Assembly: GCA_017504245.1 (NCBI GenBank)
Contig: JAFVRQ010000009.1
Location: 2,224-66,223 of the forward strand
DNA length: 64,000 nt
Reading direction: 5' to 3'
Source of the DNA: Clostridia bacterium
GTDB lineage: Bacteria > Bacillota > Clostridia > Oscillospirales > CAG-272
The notes below the pieces were generated by a model. It ran no database searches. It was not told where the DNA came from and saw only the letters and a list, made by a program, of their open reading frames with translations. The stretch's first letter is position 1. Every line of letters begins with the position of its first letter. The position numbers and the translations under genes were made by a program. This document shows positions 40,796 to 50,941 of this stretch, one piece after another.

Positions 40796-41707
40796 ATGCC
40801 TATTATTATTCCGCAGGATATGCCTGCATATTCAACGCTCGCAAGTGAAAATATATTCGTTATGAACGAAGCTCGCGCGCTTCGTCAGGATATTCGTCCC
40901 ATTGAGATAGCAATTCTCAATTTGATGCCAACGAAGGTTGAAACGGAAACCCAGCTTATCCGTATGCTTTCAAATTCGCCGCTTCAAATTAGAGTGACCC
41001 TGCTTGCAACAAAATCCTACGTTGGAACGCACGCGCCCGAAAATCATCTTGAAAAATTTTATAAGACCTTCTATGAGATCAAGGATAGACGCTTCGACGG
41101 TATGATTATCACGGGCGCGCCCGTTGAAACAATCCCCTTTGAAGAGGTTAAATATTGGGATGAGCTCACCGAAATTATGGATTTTGCACGCACAAACGTT
41201 CAAAGCACGATCTTTATTTGTTGGGGAGCGCAGGCGGCTTTGCATTACTATTACGGCTTGCAGAAAACTGAGCTTTCAAAAAAGGTTTTTGGAATTTTCC
41301 CGCACGAAAAGGTAATGCGCTACGATCCGCTTTTGAAGGGAACTGACAAGTATATTAATATTCCTCATTCGCGCCACACGGAGATAAGCGAAATGGAAAT
41401 TGCAAAGATTGATGACCTTGTAACTCTCGCAAGAAGCGACGAGGTTGGCGCGTCGATTTTACGCTCGCGCGACGGACGTCAGATTTACTTTATGGGACAC
41501 CTTGAATATAGCAAGGAAACCCTTAAAACCGAGTATTTGCGCGACGTTAATAAGGGACTCCCCATCGAGCCGCCAAAGAATTATTTCGTTGACGAAACGA
41601 TGACCGAGATTAATCCCAACTGGTATTCAACCACGTCTCTCATCTATTCAAACTGGCTTAATTACTACGTTTATCAGGTGACACCTTATAATATTTCACT
41701 TATATAA
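40796..41707 (+). CDS. metA: Homoserine O-acyltransferase, MetA family (acetyl-type GAPVE)
   Basis: LNLMP.K, TGAPVE, ICWGAQA, PHSR, GHLEY, NWLNYYVYQ.TPY. Confidence 0.95.
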   Translation: MPIIIPQDMPAYSTLASENIFVMNEARALRQDIRPIEIAILNLMPTKVETETQLIRMLSNSPLQIRVTLLATKSYVGTHAPENHLEKFYKTFYEIKDRRFDGMIITGAPVETIPFEEVKYWDELTEIMDFARTNVQSTIFICWGAQAALHYYYGLQKTELSKKVFGIFPHEKVMRYDPLLKGTDKYINIPHSRHTEISEMEIAKIDDLVTLARSDEVGASILRSRDGRQIYFMGHLEYSKETLKTEYLRDVNKGLPIEPPKNYFVDETMTEINPNWYSTTSLIYSNWLNYYVYQVTPYNISLI

Positions 41708-41711
41708 AATT

Positions 41712-41746
41712 TTCCCACAAGAGAGTCTCTCTTGTGGGATTTTTTT
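41712..41746 (+). terminator. Terminator after metA
   Basis: tcccacaagaga/tctcttgtggga followed by a T tract. Confidence 0.85.
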
Positions 41747-41820
41747 GCGTTTTTTACTTGAATTTTTCAATAAAATATGATATTATATATGTGTATGTAA
41801 ACTTTAGAGAGGAGAGGCAA

Positions 41821-42759
41821 ATGAAGGCGAAAATTTTGGCTGTTGTAGGGCCTACTGTGAGTGGCAAAAGTGCGCTTGCGATTGAGATTGCAAAGCGTTT
41901 TAACGGTGAAATTATCTGTTGCGATTCGATGCAGATTTACAAGCAAATGAATATCGGCACTGCAAAGCCCGATGGGGAAGAATTGAATTCTGCCGTTCAT
42001 CATCTTTTTGACTTTGCCGACCCTAAGGTGAGCTTCTCTTGCGCGGATTATATCCCCCTTGCAGAGAGGGTTGTTGAGGATATTTTATCACGCGGAAAAT
42101 TACCGATTTTCTGCGGTGGTACGGGGCTTTATCTCGATAGATTTCTTTCGGGCGCGGAGTTTGAAAGCACCGAGGTTGACGAGAATTTCAGACGAGAAAT
42201 GAATGCCTTTGCGCTTGAATTCGGCAACGAAGCATTACATCAAAAATTGCGCGAAATCGACCCAAAATCTGCCGATGAAATTCATCCAAACAATGTGAAA
42301 AGAGTTATTCGCGCGCTTGAAATTTACAAAACCTCGGGCAGAACGAAAAGCGAAATTGATCGGGAAAGCAAGGAATTTTCAAGCAAATACGATTGCCTTC
42401 AAATCGGCATAAAATATGAGGATAGAGAGCTTCTTTACGATAGAATTAATCTTCGCGTTGACAAAATGATGCAAGCGGGATTGATTGATGAAACTCGGAA
42501 ATTGCTTGAAGCGGGAGTTTTTGAAGCGAACGCAACCGCAGCCCAAGCAATCGGATATAAGGAGCTTTTGAGTTATTTTAACAACGAAAAAACCTTGATT
42601 TGTGCCGTTGAGGATTTAAAAATGGCAACAAGACGTTACGCAAAGCGTCAAATGACTTGGTTTTCCGCGCACGGAAACGTGAATTGGCTCGTAGCGGACA
42701 ACAAAAATATTGCCGAGCTCGTTTTTGAAGCGGAGCAAATTATCAAAGAATTTATTTAA
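41821..42759 (+). CDS. miaA: tRNA dimethylallyltransferase
   Basis: GPTVSGKS, DSMQIY, GGTGLY, AIGYKE, TRRYAKRQ.TWF. Confidence 0.97.
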   Translation: MKAKILAVVGPTVSGKSALAIEIAKRFNGEIICCDSMQIYKQMNIGTAKPDGEELNSAVHHLFDFADPKVSFSCADYIPLAERVVEDILSRGKLPIFCGGTGLYLDRFLSGAEFESTEVDENFRREMNAFALEFGNEALHQKLREIDPKSADEIHPNNVKRVIRALEIYKTSGRTKSEIDRESKEFSSKYDCLQIGIKYEDRELLYDRINLRVDKMMQAGLIDETRKLLEAGVFEANATAAQAIGYKELLSYFNNEKTLICAVEDLKMATRRYAKRQMTWFSAHGNVNWLVADNKNIAELVFEAEQIIKEFI

Positions 42760-42777
42760 GAAAAGGAGGGGGACGAT

Positions 42778-44058
42778 ATGGAAAAGAGCAACACTAAAAA
42801 ACTAAAATTTTCTTTGGCTTGGAAGGCGCTGACCCTTGTTATCCTCCTGCTTATTATTTATACCTGCTATCACGTATTTTTCGGACTTGCCGAAAGCATT
42901 AAAACCACCCCCGCAGGACTTGTTCAGCAAAGCAATTCGGTAATTCTTGAGGGTGTGATCTTCAGGGAAGAGGAGGTTGTTTCAACTCAAAATAAGGGTG
43001 ATATGCGCCCCTATTTTTCAAACGGTGAGCGAGTTTCCATTGACTCTGTGGTTGCCGCGGTTTATACCCAAAGCGGAAACGCAGAGGCGAACGAAAAAAT
43101 AGCCGAGCTTGAAGAAAAGCTTGAAATTATGAAGCTAAGCAACGTTAAGGGGCTTGTTTCGATAGCTAATATCGAAAAGGTAAACTCGGAAATTGAAAAG
43201 CTTTATACATCAATGATGCTCTCGCTTTCTCAGGGCGATAATTTGAAGGCAAAGGCAATCGAAAAAGAGCTTTTGATTGCTATGAATCAACTTAAAATCT
43301 ATAAGGGCGAGGTTGAAAATTACAATAGTGAAATTGCCGGGATAGAAGCCGAGCTTGACGTGTTATATAATTCCTTTGAGGGTGAAAAGGAGTATATTTG
43401 GGCGGATAACGGTGGCTACGTTTACTATTCTTGCGACGGATATGAGCAAGCATTGACGCCATCTGCTCTTGAGTCGCTTACCATTAATGGATTTAGTGAT
43501 ATTTTAAATCGCGTAAAGAGCGAGCCCGTTATCGATAGCAATTACAGATGTAAATTCGTTTATGGTAACGTTTGGCAAATGGCGACACTTTGCGATAATG
43601 AAATCGCTGCGCTTTTAGAGGTCGGTAAGGAATACGGCGTGACAATATTTGATATTAAGGAGCGAAATATTACCGTAACGCTTGAAATAATAGGGGAGAG
43701 CAACGGCGAGAAAACCTTGCTTGTATTCTCTTGCTCGACTATGCCCGAGGGGTTTGATTATACGAGGTATCAAAGCTTTAAGCTTGATATTTCGACCGTT
43801 GAGGGATATAGAGTGCCGATGGAAGCATTGCAAAGATTGGTTGACAAGGAAACGGGCGAGGAAAGGGTTGGAGTTTATATCCTTAACGCAAGCGTGGTTC
43901 AATTCCGTAGGGTTGAAATTATTGCCCGGAGTAATGGCTATTATATAGTTGCAAAGCTTGATAAATCAAACGAAAATTATCAGGAATACCTTAATTTAAA
44001 CGATATTATTATTCTTGATACCGACGGGATGTATGACGGCAAGACTTTGACGAGGTAG
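42778..44058 (+). CDS. Membrane-anchored HlyD-like/coiled-coil protein typically preceding yggS in Clostridia
   Basis: N-terminal TM, GVIFREE, GERV, helical hairpin; gene context. Confidence 0.65.
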   Translation: MEKSNTKKLKFSLAWKALTLVILLLIIYTCYHVFFGLAESIKTTPAGLVQQSNSVILEGVIFREEEVVSTQNKGDMRPYFSNGERVSIDSVVAAVYTQSGNAEANEKIAELEEKLEIMKLSNVKGLVSIANIEKVNSEIEKLYTSMMLSLSQGDNLKAKAIEKELLIAMNQLKIYKGEVENYNSEIAGIEAELDVLYNSFEGEKEYIWADNGGYVYYSCDGYEQALTPSALESLTINGFSDILNRVKSEPVIDSNYRCKFVYGNVWQMATLCDNEIAALLEVGKEYGVTIFDIKERNITVTLEIIGESNGEKTLLVFSCSTMPEGFDYTRYQSFKLDISTVEGYRVPMEALQRLVDKETGEERVGVYILNASVVQFRRVEIIARSNGYYIVAKLDKSNENYQEYLNLNDIIILDTDGMYDGKTLTR

Positions 44059-44063
44059 CAATA

Positions 44064-44759
44064 ATGGATTATTCATATATTGATCGGAATTATTGTGATA
44101 TTTGTGAGCGAATAGAGCTCGCAAAGAATAAATCGGGGCGCGTGGACGACGTTGATTTGCTCGTTGCGATTAAGAGCGCCTCGCTTGATGAAATTGAGTA
44201 TCTTGTGACACGCTACGGTGTTAAAACGGTTGGTGAAAATCGAGTTCAGCAGCTTCTTCAAAGATATGACTTTTTAAAGAATTTGGGAGTTGAAATTCAT
44301 TTTATCGGCGCGCTTCAGACCAATAAGGTGAAGTATATAATCGATAAGGTAGCTTTGATTCACTCGGTTGACAGAATTGAGCTTGCGCGCGAAATCGATA
44401 AGCAGGCGAAAAGGCACGGTATTGTGATGGACGTTCTGATTGAAATAAATTCGGGTAGGGAAGAAAGCAAAAGCGGTGTTGATCCGTCGTGCCTTGAGGA
44501 GTTTTGCCGCGAGATTTCCCGTTTTGAGAACATTAAGGTGCGCGGATTTATGACAATGGGCGCAAAAAGTGAAAAAAATAGCGAATATTTGAAATATTTT
44601 TGCGAAACTTATCAATTAGTGCTTGACATTTTGCACAAAAAAGTACATAATATAGATGTACCTATTTTTTCTATGGGAATGAGCGAAAGCTTTGAGCCGG
44701 CAATTGAGGCGGGCTCCACTATGGTGCGGATAGGAAAAGGAATGTTTATTAAAAAGTAA
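44064..44759 (+). CDS. yggS: PLP homeostasis protein YggS/YlmE
   Basis: GENRVQ, HFIGALQTNK, KSG, SMGMS, GSTMVRIG. Confidence 0.95.
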   Translation: MDYSYIDRNYCDICERIELAKNKSGRVDDVDLLVAIKSASLDEIEYLVTRYGVKTVGENRVQQLLQRYDFLKNLGVEIHFIGALQTNKVKYIIDKVALIHSVDRIELAREIDKQAKRHGIVMDVLIEINSGREESKSGVDPSCLEEFCREISRFENIKVRGFMTMGAKSEKNSEYLKYFCETYQLVLDILHKKVHNIDVPIFSMGMSESFEPAIEAGSTMVRIGKGMFIKK

Positions 44760-44784
44760 AATAAAAAGAAAGTGGAGAAAAGAA

Positions 44785-45228
44785 ATGAATAACTTTAAAT
44801 CCTTGTTTGGTAAGAAAGACAATAACGATTACGACAAATTCTATGATCGTGAGGACGACATCTACGAGGGCGATGACGATGATGTAACTCCTTACGGCGA
44901 CAACAAAGAGGGCTTGTCGGTTGGCGGTGGCGCTCCCGTATCTCTTAAGGTTGTTAAGCCCAAGAGCTATGCTGATGCTCCCGCAATTGCAGATCATCTT
45001 TCCGCCGGAAGCACAGTAGTACTTAACATCGAATCTCTTGATAGAACAAGTGCAATCCGTCTTATCGATTTCCTTATGGGTGCTGTTCACGTGCTCGGCG
45101 GCGATATGAAGAGTGTTACAAAGACAACTCTTGTATTTGCTCCCAGAAACGTTGGCGTAACTGACTTCGAAAACGTTGAGGAAGACGAACTCGAAGAAGA
45201 AGCTGACGCAGAAGATTACGAAGACTAA
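44785..45228 (+). CDS. sepF: Cell division protein SepF
   Basis: P.SY.DA..IADHL...VVLN.E...RLIDFL.G; after yggS. Confidence 0.93.
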   Translation: MNNFKSLFGKKDNNDYDKFYDREDDIYEGDDDDVTPYGDNKEGLSVGGGAPVSLKVVKPKSYADAPAIADHLSAGSTVVLNIESLDRTSAIRLIDFLMGAVHVLGGDMKSVTKTTLVFAPRNVGVTDFENVEEDELEEEADAEDYED

Positions 45229-45233
45229 TTTCA

Positions 45234-46043
45234 ATGAATATTTCTGTCCCTGAAAATAAGGATCTCAAGCTCTTTTATGCAAAGCTTGACGATCTTGAAA
45301 AGCGCGCTCTCGGTGGCGCGGTTTCGCACTCTGCTTTTTTGACTCCGAGTGAGGTTTATAAAGCAGAGAGGTATTTTGAGGCAAAAGGAAATAAAGATAA
45401 GATTTGCTTTTTTGGTGGTTATTTTGCCGCACAAAGAAAGCAAATCTTTCTTTTGCCCGAATATATCGTCGATTACGTTGACGGAAGCGATATTTTCGAG
45501 ATGATAGACGAGGATTTGAATGCGTCGATTTGCGCTTTGAAAATAAGCGGAAGCGGTTTTCGTGAGCTTACGCACAGGGATTATCTTGGAAGTATTTTGG
45601 CGCTTGGTCTTGAACGCGAGGTTTTAGGTGATATTTGTATTCTCGATAATCATTCTGCTATTGTTTTTTGCAACGCGGAGGTGTCGGATTTTATCATTTT
45701 TGAGCTTTCTGCAATTGGCAACGATAAGGTTAAGGTTGAGAAGGTAATCGTTGACAAAAATATGGCTTCAACCCAGAAATATCAAGGGTTTACGGACACG
45801 GTTGCCAGCGAGCGGCTTGACTGCGTTGTGGCGGCTATTTTCAATCTTTCAAGAGAAAAAGCGCAAAATCTTATCAAGGGTGGATTTGTGGATTTTAACT
45901 ATGAAACCGCAACCAAAATTGACGTAAAAGCAGAAGCAAATGACATAATCTCCGCGCGCGGATTTGGAAAATTCATCATCCGCGATCTTTCACAATCTAC
46001 AAAAAAGGGAAGATTGAGGTTATTTGCGGATAAATATATATAA
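45234..46043 (+). CDS. ylmH: YlmH family S4-domain RNA-binding protein
   Basis: FL.P, THRDYLGSILALG, S.RLDCVV, ISARG.GK. Confidence 0.92.
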   Translation: MNISVPENKDLKLFYAKLDDLEKRALGGAVSHSAFLTPSEVYKAERYFEAKGNKDKICFFGGYFAAQRKQIFLLPEYIVDYVDGSDIFEMIDEDLNASICALKISGSGFRELTHRDYLGSILALGLEREVLGDICILDNHSAIVFCNAEVSDFIIFELSAIGNDKVKVEKVIVDKNMASTQKYQGFTDTVASERLDCVVAAIFNLSREKAQNLIKGGFVDFNYETATKIDVKAEANDIISARGFGKFIIRDLSQSTKKGRLRLFADKYI

Positions 46044-46099
46044 AATATATATTGACAAAGTTTGTTTTTTGTGTTATATTTATCTTGGTAATATAGGTG

Positions 46100-46382
46100 G
46101 CTATGACGAAGACGGTGTTTTTTGAAGGGCTTTTAGAGAGTGCGCGGATGGTGAAAGCGCATAGCGAGTAGGGAAGCACAGATCACTTTTGAGCCGATTG
46201 CTGACTATAAACTCAGGCAATCCGTACCCCTGCGTTAAAGGGTTTGAGTGGCATTTTTGTTACAAAAGTGTTAAGGATTTATGAACAAATCTTAACAAAC
46301 TGTGAACTTTTAAAAATGCAAATTGAGTGGTACCACGGTAACTCCGTCTCAATGGTTTTTTGACCATTGGGGCGTTTTTTTA
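46100..46382 (+). ncRNA. T-box riboswitch with Ile (AUC) specifier
   Basis: AGAGAG and GGTGAAA stem-I motifs; ATC at 46182-46184; T-box AATTGAGTGGTACCACGG at 46321; terminator with T tract; upstream of ileS. Confidence 0.92.
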
Positions 46383-46410
46383 TAGTAATTTTTTTTAAAG
46401 GAGATATATT

Positions 46411-49206
46411 ATGGCAAAGGATTACACAAGTTCCTTAAATCTTCCAAGCACAAAATTTGAGATGAGAGCAAATCTTCCCACAAGAGAGCCCCTTATGCTC
46501 GAATATTGGAACAGCATCAACCTCTATAATCAGATGCAGGAGAGACGCGCGGGCAGACCCACGTTCGTGGTTCACGACGGCCCTCCATTCTCAAACGGAA
46601 ATATCCATATGGGTACTTCCTTGAACAAAATTTTGAAGGATTTTATCAACAAGTCAAAGGTGATGGAGGGTTACCTCGTACCGTTCACTCCCGGTTGGGA
46701 CAACCACGGTATGCCCATTGAGTCCGCTATCATCAAAAAGAATAAGATTGACAGAAAGAAGATGAGCATTTCCGATTTCCGCCGTCAATGTCACGCATTC
46801 GCCCAGGACTACGTTGACATTCAGATGGGTCAGTTCAAGCGTCTTGGCGTTGTTGCGGATTGGGAGCGCCCTTATCTTACAATGAACCCCGAATTTGAGG
46901 CGAGAGAGGTTCTCGTTTTCGGTGAGATGTTCAAGAAGGGTTACATCTACAAGGGTCTCAAGCCCGTTTATTGGTGCCCTAAGGACGAAACCGCTCTTGC
47001 AGAGGCGGAAATCGAATACAAGACGGACAAGTGTACCTCTATCTACGTTAAGTTCCGTGTGAACGATGATATGGGCAAGCTTGACGGCATTTGCGACAAG
47101 AATAACACGTATTTCATTATTTGGACAACTACAACCTGGACTCTTCCCGGTAACCTTGCTATCGCGCTCAATCCAGACGAGGATTACGTTGTTGCGAAGG
47201 CAGAGAACGGTGAGTGCTACATCGTAGCGGAGGCGCTTCTTCCCAAGACGATGGAGGAAGGACAGATTGAGAACTATGAGGTTCTTGCAAGGATGCCCGG
47301 TAGAGAATTTGAATATATGAAGGCACAGCATCCCTTCCTTGATAGAGAGAGTCTTGTTTGCGTGGCTGATTACGTTACTATGGACAGCGGTACGGGTTGC
47401 GTTCACACCGCTCCCGGCTTTGGTGCTGACGACTATCAGACCTGCCAGAGATACGGCATTGAAATCATCGTTCCCGTTGACGACCGCGGTTATCAGACGA
47501 AGGATGCGGGCAAGTTTGCAGGTCTTTACTATGAAGAATCCAACAAGGCAATTCTTGAAGATATGGTAGAAAGCGGCGCACTCTTTGCATCAAAGGAATT
47601 CGAGCACGAATATCCTCACTGCTGGAGATGTAAGAACCCCATTATCTTCCGCGCAACACCTCAGTGGTTCTGCTCGGTTGATGCATTTAAGGACGAAGCG
47701 GTAGCCGCTTGCAAGGGCGTTCAATGGCTTCCCGAATGGGGCGGTGACAGAATGGAGCAGATGATCAGAGAGAGAGCCGATTGGTGTATCTCACGTCAGC
47801 GTCATTGGGGTCTTCCCATTCCCGTATTCTACTGTGAGGATTGCGGCAAGCCAATTTGCACCGATGAAACTATTAAGAGAGTATCCGAGGTGTTTGGAGC
47901 AGAGGGCTCTAACGCTTGGTTTGACAAGGAAGCAAGTGAGCTTCTTCCCGATGGATTTGTTTGTCCTCACTGTGGAGGCGTTCACTTTACAAAAGAGCAC
48001 AACACTCTTGACGGTTGGTTTGACTCCGGCTCGTCACATTTCTGCGCTCCCGACCTCTATCGCGAAATCGGTGAAGCGGCAGACGTTTATCTTGAGGGTG
48101 CTGACCAGTACAGAGGTTGGTTCCAGTCATCACTTCTTACTGCGGTTGGCGCGGTTGGAAGCGGTGCGCCCTTTAAGACCGTTCTTACGCACGGTTGGGT
48201 AGTTGACGGAGAGGGCAAGGCGATGCACAAGTCCCTTGGTAACTCCATCGCTCCCGAGGAGATGGTTGGCAAATACGGCGCGGATCTCGTTCGTCTTTGG
48301 GTTGCTTCGAGTGACTATCGCGTTGACGTTCGCGTTTCCGACAACATCTTCAAGCAGCTTTCAGAAACATACAGAAAGATCAGAAACACGAGCCGTATCA
48401 TTCTTGCAAACCTTAACGATTTCAATCCCGATACGGATATGGTTGCTCTTGACGAGCTTTATGAGATCGACAAGTGGGCGCTCAGCCGTCTTAACAATCT
48501 TGCAAGGGTTATCCGCGAGGGCTACGATACTTATGAATTCCATACGGTTTACCATAGCGTTAACAACTTCTGCACGAACGATCTTTCAAAGCTCTATATT
48601 GACATCACAAAGGACAGAGTTTACGTTGAAAAGAGTGACAGCAAGGCAAGAAGAAGCGCGCAGACCGCTATGTACCTTATCATTTCCGGTATGACGCGTC
48701 TTATCGCTCCTATGCTTTCATTTACCGCAGAGGAGATTTGGCAGGCAATGCCTCACTCAAAGGATGACGTTAAGGATAGCGTATTCCTTAACCTTATGCC
48801 CGAATATTGTGAGGAGCTTACTTTTGGTGATATTAGTGAGCATTGGAACAAGCTCTTTACACTTCGTGACGACGTTATGAAGGCACTTGAATTGGCTCGT
48901 GCTTCAAAGCTTATCGGTAAGTCACTTGACGCGAAGGTTACTATCTATACAACTAACGAGGAACACAAGGCAGTTCTTGATAGCTTTGCAAACGATCTTG
49001 CGACCGTATTTATCGTTTCGCAGGCGAAGGTCGTTGCAGGTGAAGGAGTTGAGGGTGCATTCGCGGAAACCGAAAGCGGAATTGCAGTTCTCGTTGAAAA
49101 GGCGGACGGACACAAGTGCGACCGTTGCTGGACATATTCAACCGAGGGTGTTCACGATGAGGACGGCTTCCTTTGCGAAAGATGCCGCAAAATTCTTGAA
49201 GCATAA
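46411..49206 (+). CDS. ileS: Isoleucine--tRNA ligase (type 1, C-terminal zinc finger)
   Basis: HDGPP, PGWDNHGMPIE, WTTTTWTLP, WCISRQR.WG, DQYRGWF, KCDRCW...CERC. Confidence 0.98.
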   Translation: MAKDYTSSLNLPSTKFEMRANLPTREPLMLEYWNSINLYNQMQERRAGRPTFVVHDGPPFSNGNIHMGTSLNKILKDFINKSKVMEGYLVPFTPGWDNHGMPIESAIIKKNKIDRKKMSISDFRRQCHAFAQDYVDIQMGQFKRLGVVADWERPYLTMNPEFEAREVLVFGEMFKKGYIYKGLKPVYWCPKDETALAEAEIEYKTDKCTSIYVKFRVNDDMGKLDGICDKNNTYFIIWTTTTWTLPGNLAIALNPDEDYVVAKAENGECYIVAEALLPKTMEEGQIENYEVLARMPGREFEYMKAQHPFLDRESLVCVADYVTMDSGTGCVHTAPGFGADDYQTCQRYGIEIIVPVDDRGYQTKDAGKFAGLYYEESNKAILEDMVESGALFASKEFEHEYPHCWRCKNPIIFRATPQWFCSVDAFKDEAVAACKGVQWLPEWGGDRMEQMIRERADWCISRQRHWGLPIPVFYCEDCGKPICTDETIKRVSEVFGAEGSNAWFDKEASELLPDGFVCPHCGGVHFTKEHNTLDGWFDSGSSHFCAPDLYREIGEAADVYLEGADQYRGWFQSSLLTAVGAVGSGAPFKTVLTHGWVVDGEGKAMHKSLGNSIAPEEMVGKYGADLVRLWVASSDYRVDVRVSDNIFKQLSETYRKIRNTSRIILANLNDFNPDTDMVALDELYEIDKWALSRLNNLARVIREGYDTYEFHTVYHSVNNFCTNDLSKLYIDITKDRVYVEKSDSKARRSAQTAMYLIISGMTRLIAPMLSFTAEEIWQAMPHSKDDVKDSVFLNLMPEYCEELTFGDISEHWNKLFTLRDDVMKALELARASKLIGKSLDAKVTIYTTNEEHKAVLDSFANDLATVFIVSQAKVVAGEGVEGAFAETESGIAVLVEKADGHKCDRCWTYSTEGVHDEDGFLCERCRKILEA

Positions 49207-49217
49207 AGGAGATTATA

Positions 49218-49778
49218 ATGCTTATATGGCTTATGATAATGACCGGTGTCATATTTCTTGACCAGCTTACGAAATGGCTGACGGTTATTAATCTTGAATA
49301 TGGAGAAACATTTCCTCTTATCGAAAACGTTTTCCATTTTACCTACGTGAGAAACACGGGCGCGGCGTTCAGCATATTCAACCAACCCGACCAGCGTTGG
49401 ATCTTTATGAGTATTTCGAGCGTTGCCATAGTTGCTCTTTCGATTTATTTGTGGTTTAATCGCAAAAAGGGAGCACTTCTTTGCGTTGCGTTGAGCTTTA
49501 TCATCGGCGGCGGTATTGCCAATATGATTGATAGATGCTTGCTTAAATACGTTATTGATATGCTTGATTTTCGCCTTATAAACTTTGCGGTGTTTAACGT
49601 TGCAGATTCGTTTGTTTGCGTTGGCGTTGGATTGTTTGCCCTTGCCGTTCTTCGTGAAGAATTTTTGGAAATGAAGAAGGAAAAGGCGGCAAAGCTTGCG
49701 GCAGAAAACGTTGAGGAAGTATCGGAAGTGGCGGAGCAGAACGAAGATGAAGAAAACGGTACTGACCTTAATAATTGA
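49218..49778 (+). CDS. lspA: Lipoprotein signal peptidase
   Basis: DQLTK, NTGAAFS, GG.AN.IDR, VFNVAD. Confidence 0.97.
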   Translation: MLIWLMIMTGVIFLDQLTKWLTVINLEYGETFPLIENVFHFTYVRNTGAAFSIFNQPDQRWIFMSISSVAIVALSIYLWFNRKKGALLCVALSFIIGGGIANMIDRCLLKYVIDMLDFRLINFAVFNVADSFVCVGVGLFALAVLREEFLEMKKEKAAKLAAENVEEVSEVAEQNEDEENGTDLNN

Positions 49779-50694
49779 CGATATTGGACAGAGAATTGAC
49801 ACAGTTATTGCGGAGCGCGAGAAGATCTCGCGCTCTCAAGGTGCAAAGCTCGTTGAGTCGGGTGCTGTGCTTGTCAATTCAAAGGTTGTTGCCAAAAACT
49901 ACAAGATAAGAGAGAATGATATAATTGAGATCTTTCACCCCGAAGTGCAGGAGTGCGAGGTAGAGGCGCAGGATATTCCTATAGACATTGTTTATGAGGA
50001 TAATGATATTATCGTTGTGAACAAGAAATCGGGAATGGTTGTGCATCCCGCGGCGGGGAATCCCGACGGAACACTCGTTAATGCGCTTTTGTATCATTGC
50101 GGTGATTCGCTTTCGGGTGTTGGCGGTGTTGCGCGCCCCGGAATCGTTCATAGGATTGATAAGGACACGAGCGGTCTTTTGGTTGTTGCCAAAAATGACG
50201 AATCGCACATATCTCTTTCCGAGCAGCTTAAAACTCACTCGGTGAGCAGGGTTTATCACGCAATCGTTGTTGGTAATCTCAAGGAGCTTTCAGGTACGGT
50301 TGACGAGCCGATTGGACGTCATCCCGTTGACAGAAAGAAGATGGCGGTTATCAAGAACGAGGCGTACACTTCGCGCGAGGCGATAACTCATTACCGCGTG
50401 ATAAAGCGTTTTCACGGCTTTGATTACGTTCAATGCGTGCTTGAAACGGGCAGAACGCACCAGATTAGAGTGCATATGGCTTATCTTGGGCATCCGCTTC
50501 TCGGTGACGAGGTTTACGGCGGCAATAAAACGCGCTTTCAGGCGTTGCACAAGGACTGCATTAGCGGTCAATGTCTGCACGCGAAGGAATTGCATCTGAC
50601 TCACCCCAAAACCGAGGACAGAATGGCTTTTACTTCCGAGTTGCCCGATAATTTTAAAAGGGTGCTTGAGTTGATGGAGAAGACGTGTAGTTAG
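49747..50694 (+). CDS. RluA/RluD family pseudouridine synthase
   Basis: S4 domain, GMVVHP, HRIDKDTSG, ETGRTHQIRVH. Confidence 0.95.
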   Translation: MKKTVLTLIIDDIGQRIDTVIAEREKISRSQGAKLVESGAVLVNSKVVAKNYKIRENDIIEIFHPEVQECEVEAQDIPIDIVYEDNDIIVVNKKSGMVVHPAAGNPDGTLVNALLYHCGDSLSGVGGVARPGIVHRIDKDTSGLLVVAKNDESHISLSEQLKTHSVSRVYHAIVVGNLKELSGTVDEPIGRHPVDRKKMAVIKNEAYTSREAITHYRVIKRFHGFDYVQCVLETGRTHQIRVHMAYLGHPLLGDEVYGGNKTRFQALHKDCISGQCLHAKELHLTHPKTEDRMAFTSELPDNFKRVLELMEKTCS

Positions 50695-50700
50695 TGAAAT

Positions 50701-50758
50701 ATGATACCGTACAATAAAAAAATAGTTTCTAATGCGTGAACGTTAAGAAAAATATGAC
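50701..50758 (+). pseudogene. N-terminal remnant of a DUF559/Vsr-like endonuclease gene
   Basis: Reads MIPYNKKIVSNA*TLRK, then N-M-T after a frameshift; resembles the YN..L...AR.LRKNMT start of DUF559 proteins as recalled, not searched. Confidence 0.55.
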
Positions 50759-50868
50759 GCGTGGGGTAATTGTTCCATTGCGGCTTCAACAACAGATTAT
50801 GTCGTAGCTCATACAAATCTCATTAGATACCGTGGCTATTATTTTGACCAAGAAAGTGGTTGATACTT
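50750..50868 (+). pseudogene. RHS core fragment
   Basis: KYDAWGNCSIAASTTDYVVAHTNLIRYRGYYFDQESG*Y, homologous to the RHS core at 1674-2429. Confidence 0.8.
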
Positions 50869-50941
50869 AGTTTGATTGTGGGAAGTTTTGTTAATGCTAT
50901 TTCGCCCAAATAAAAACAACAATATTGATGGAGGAAATAAA

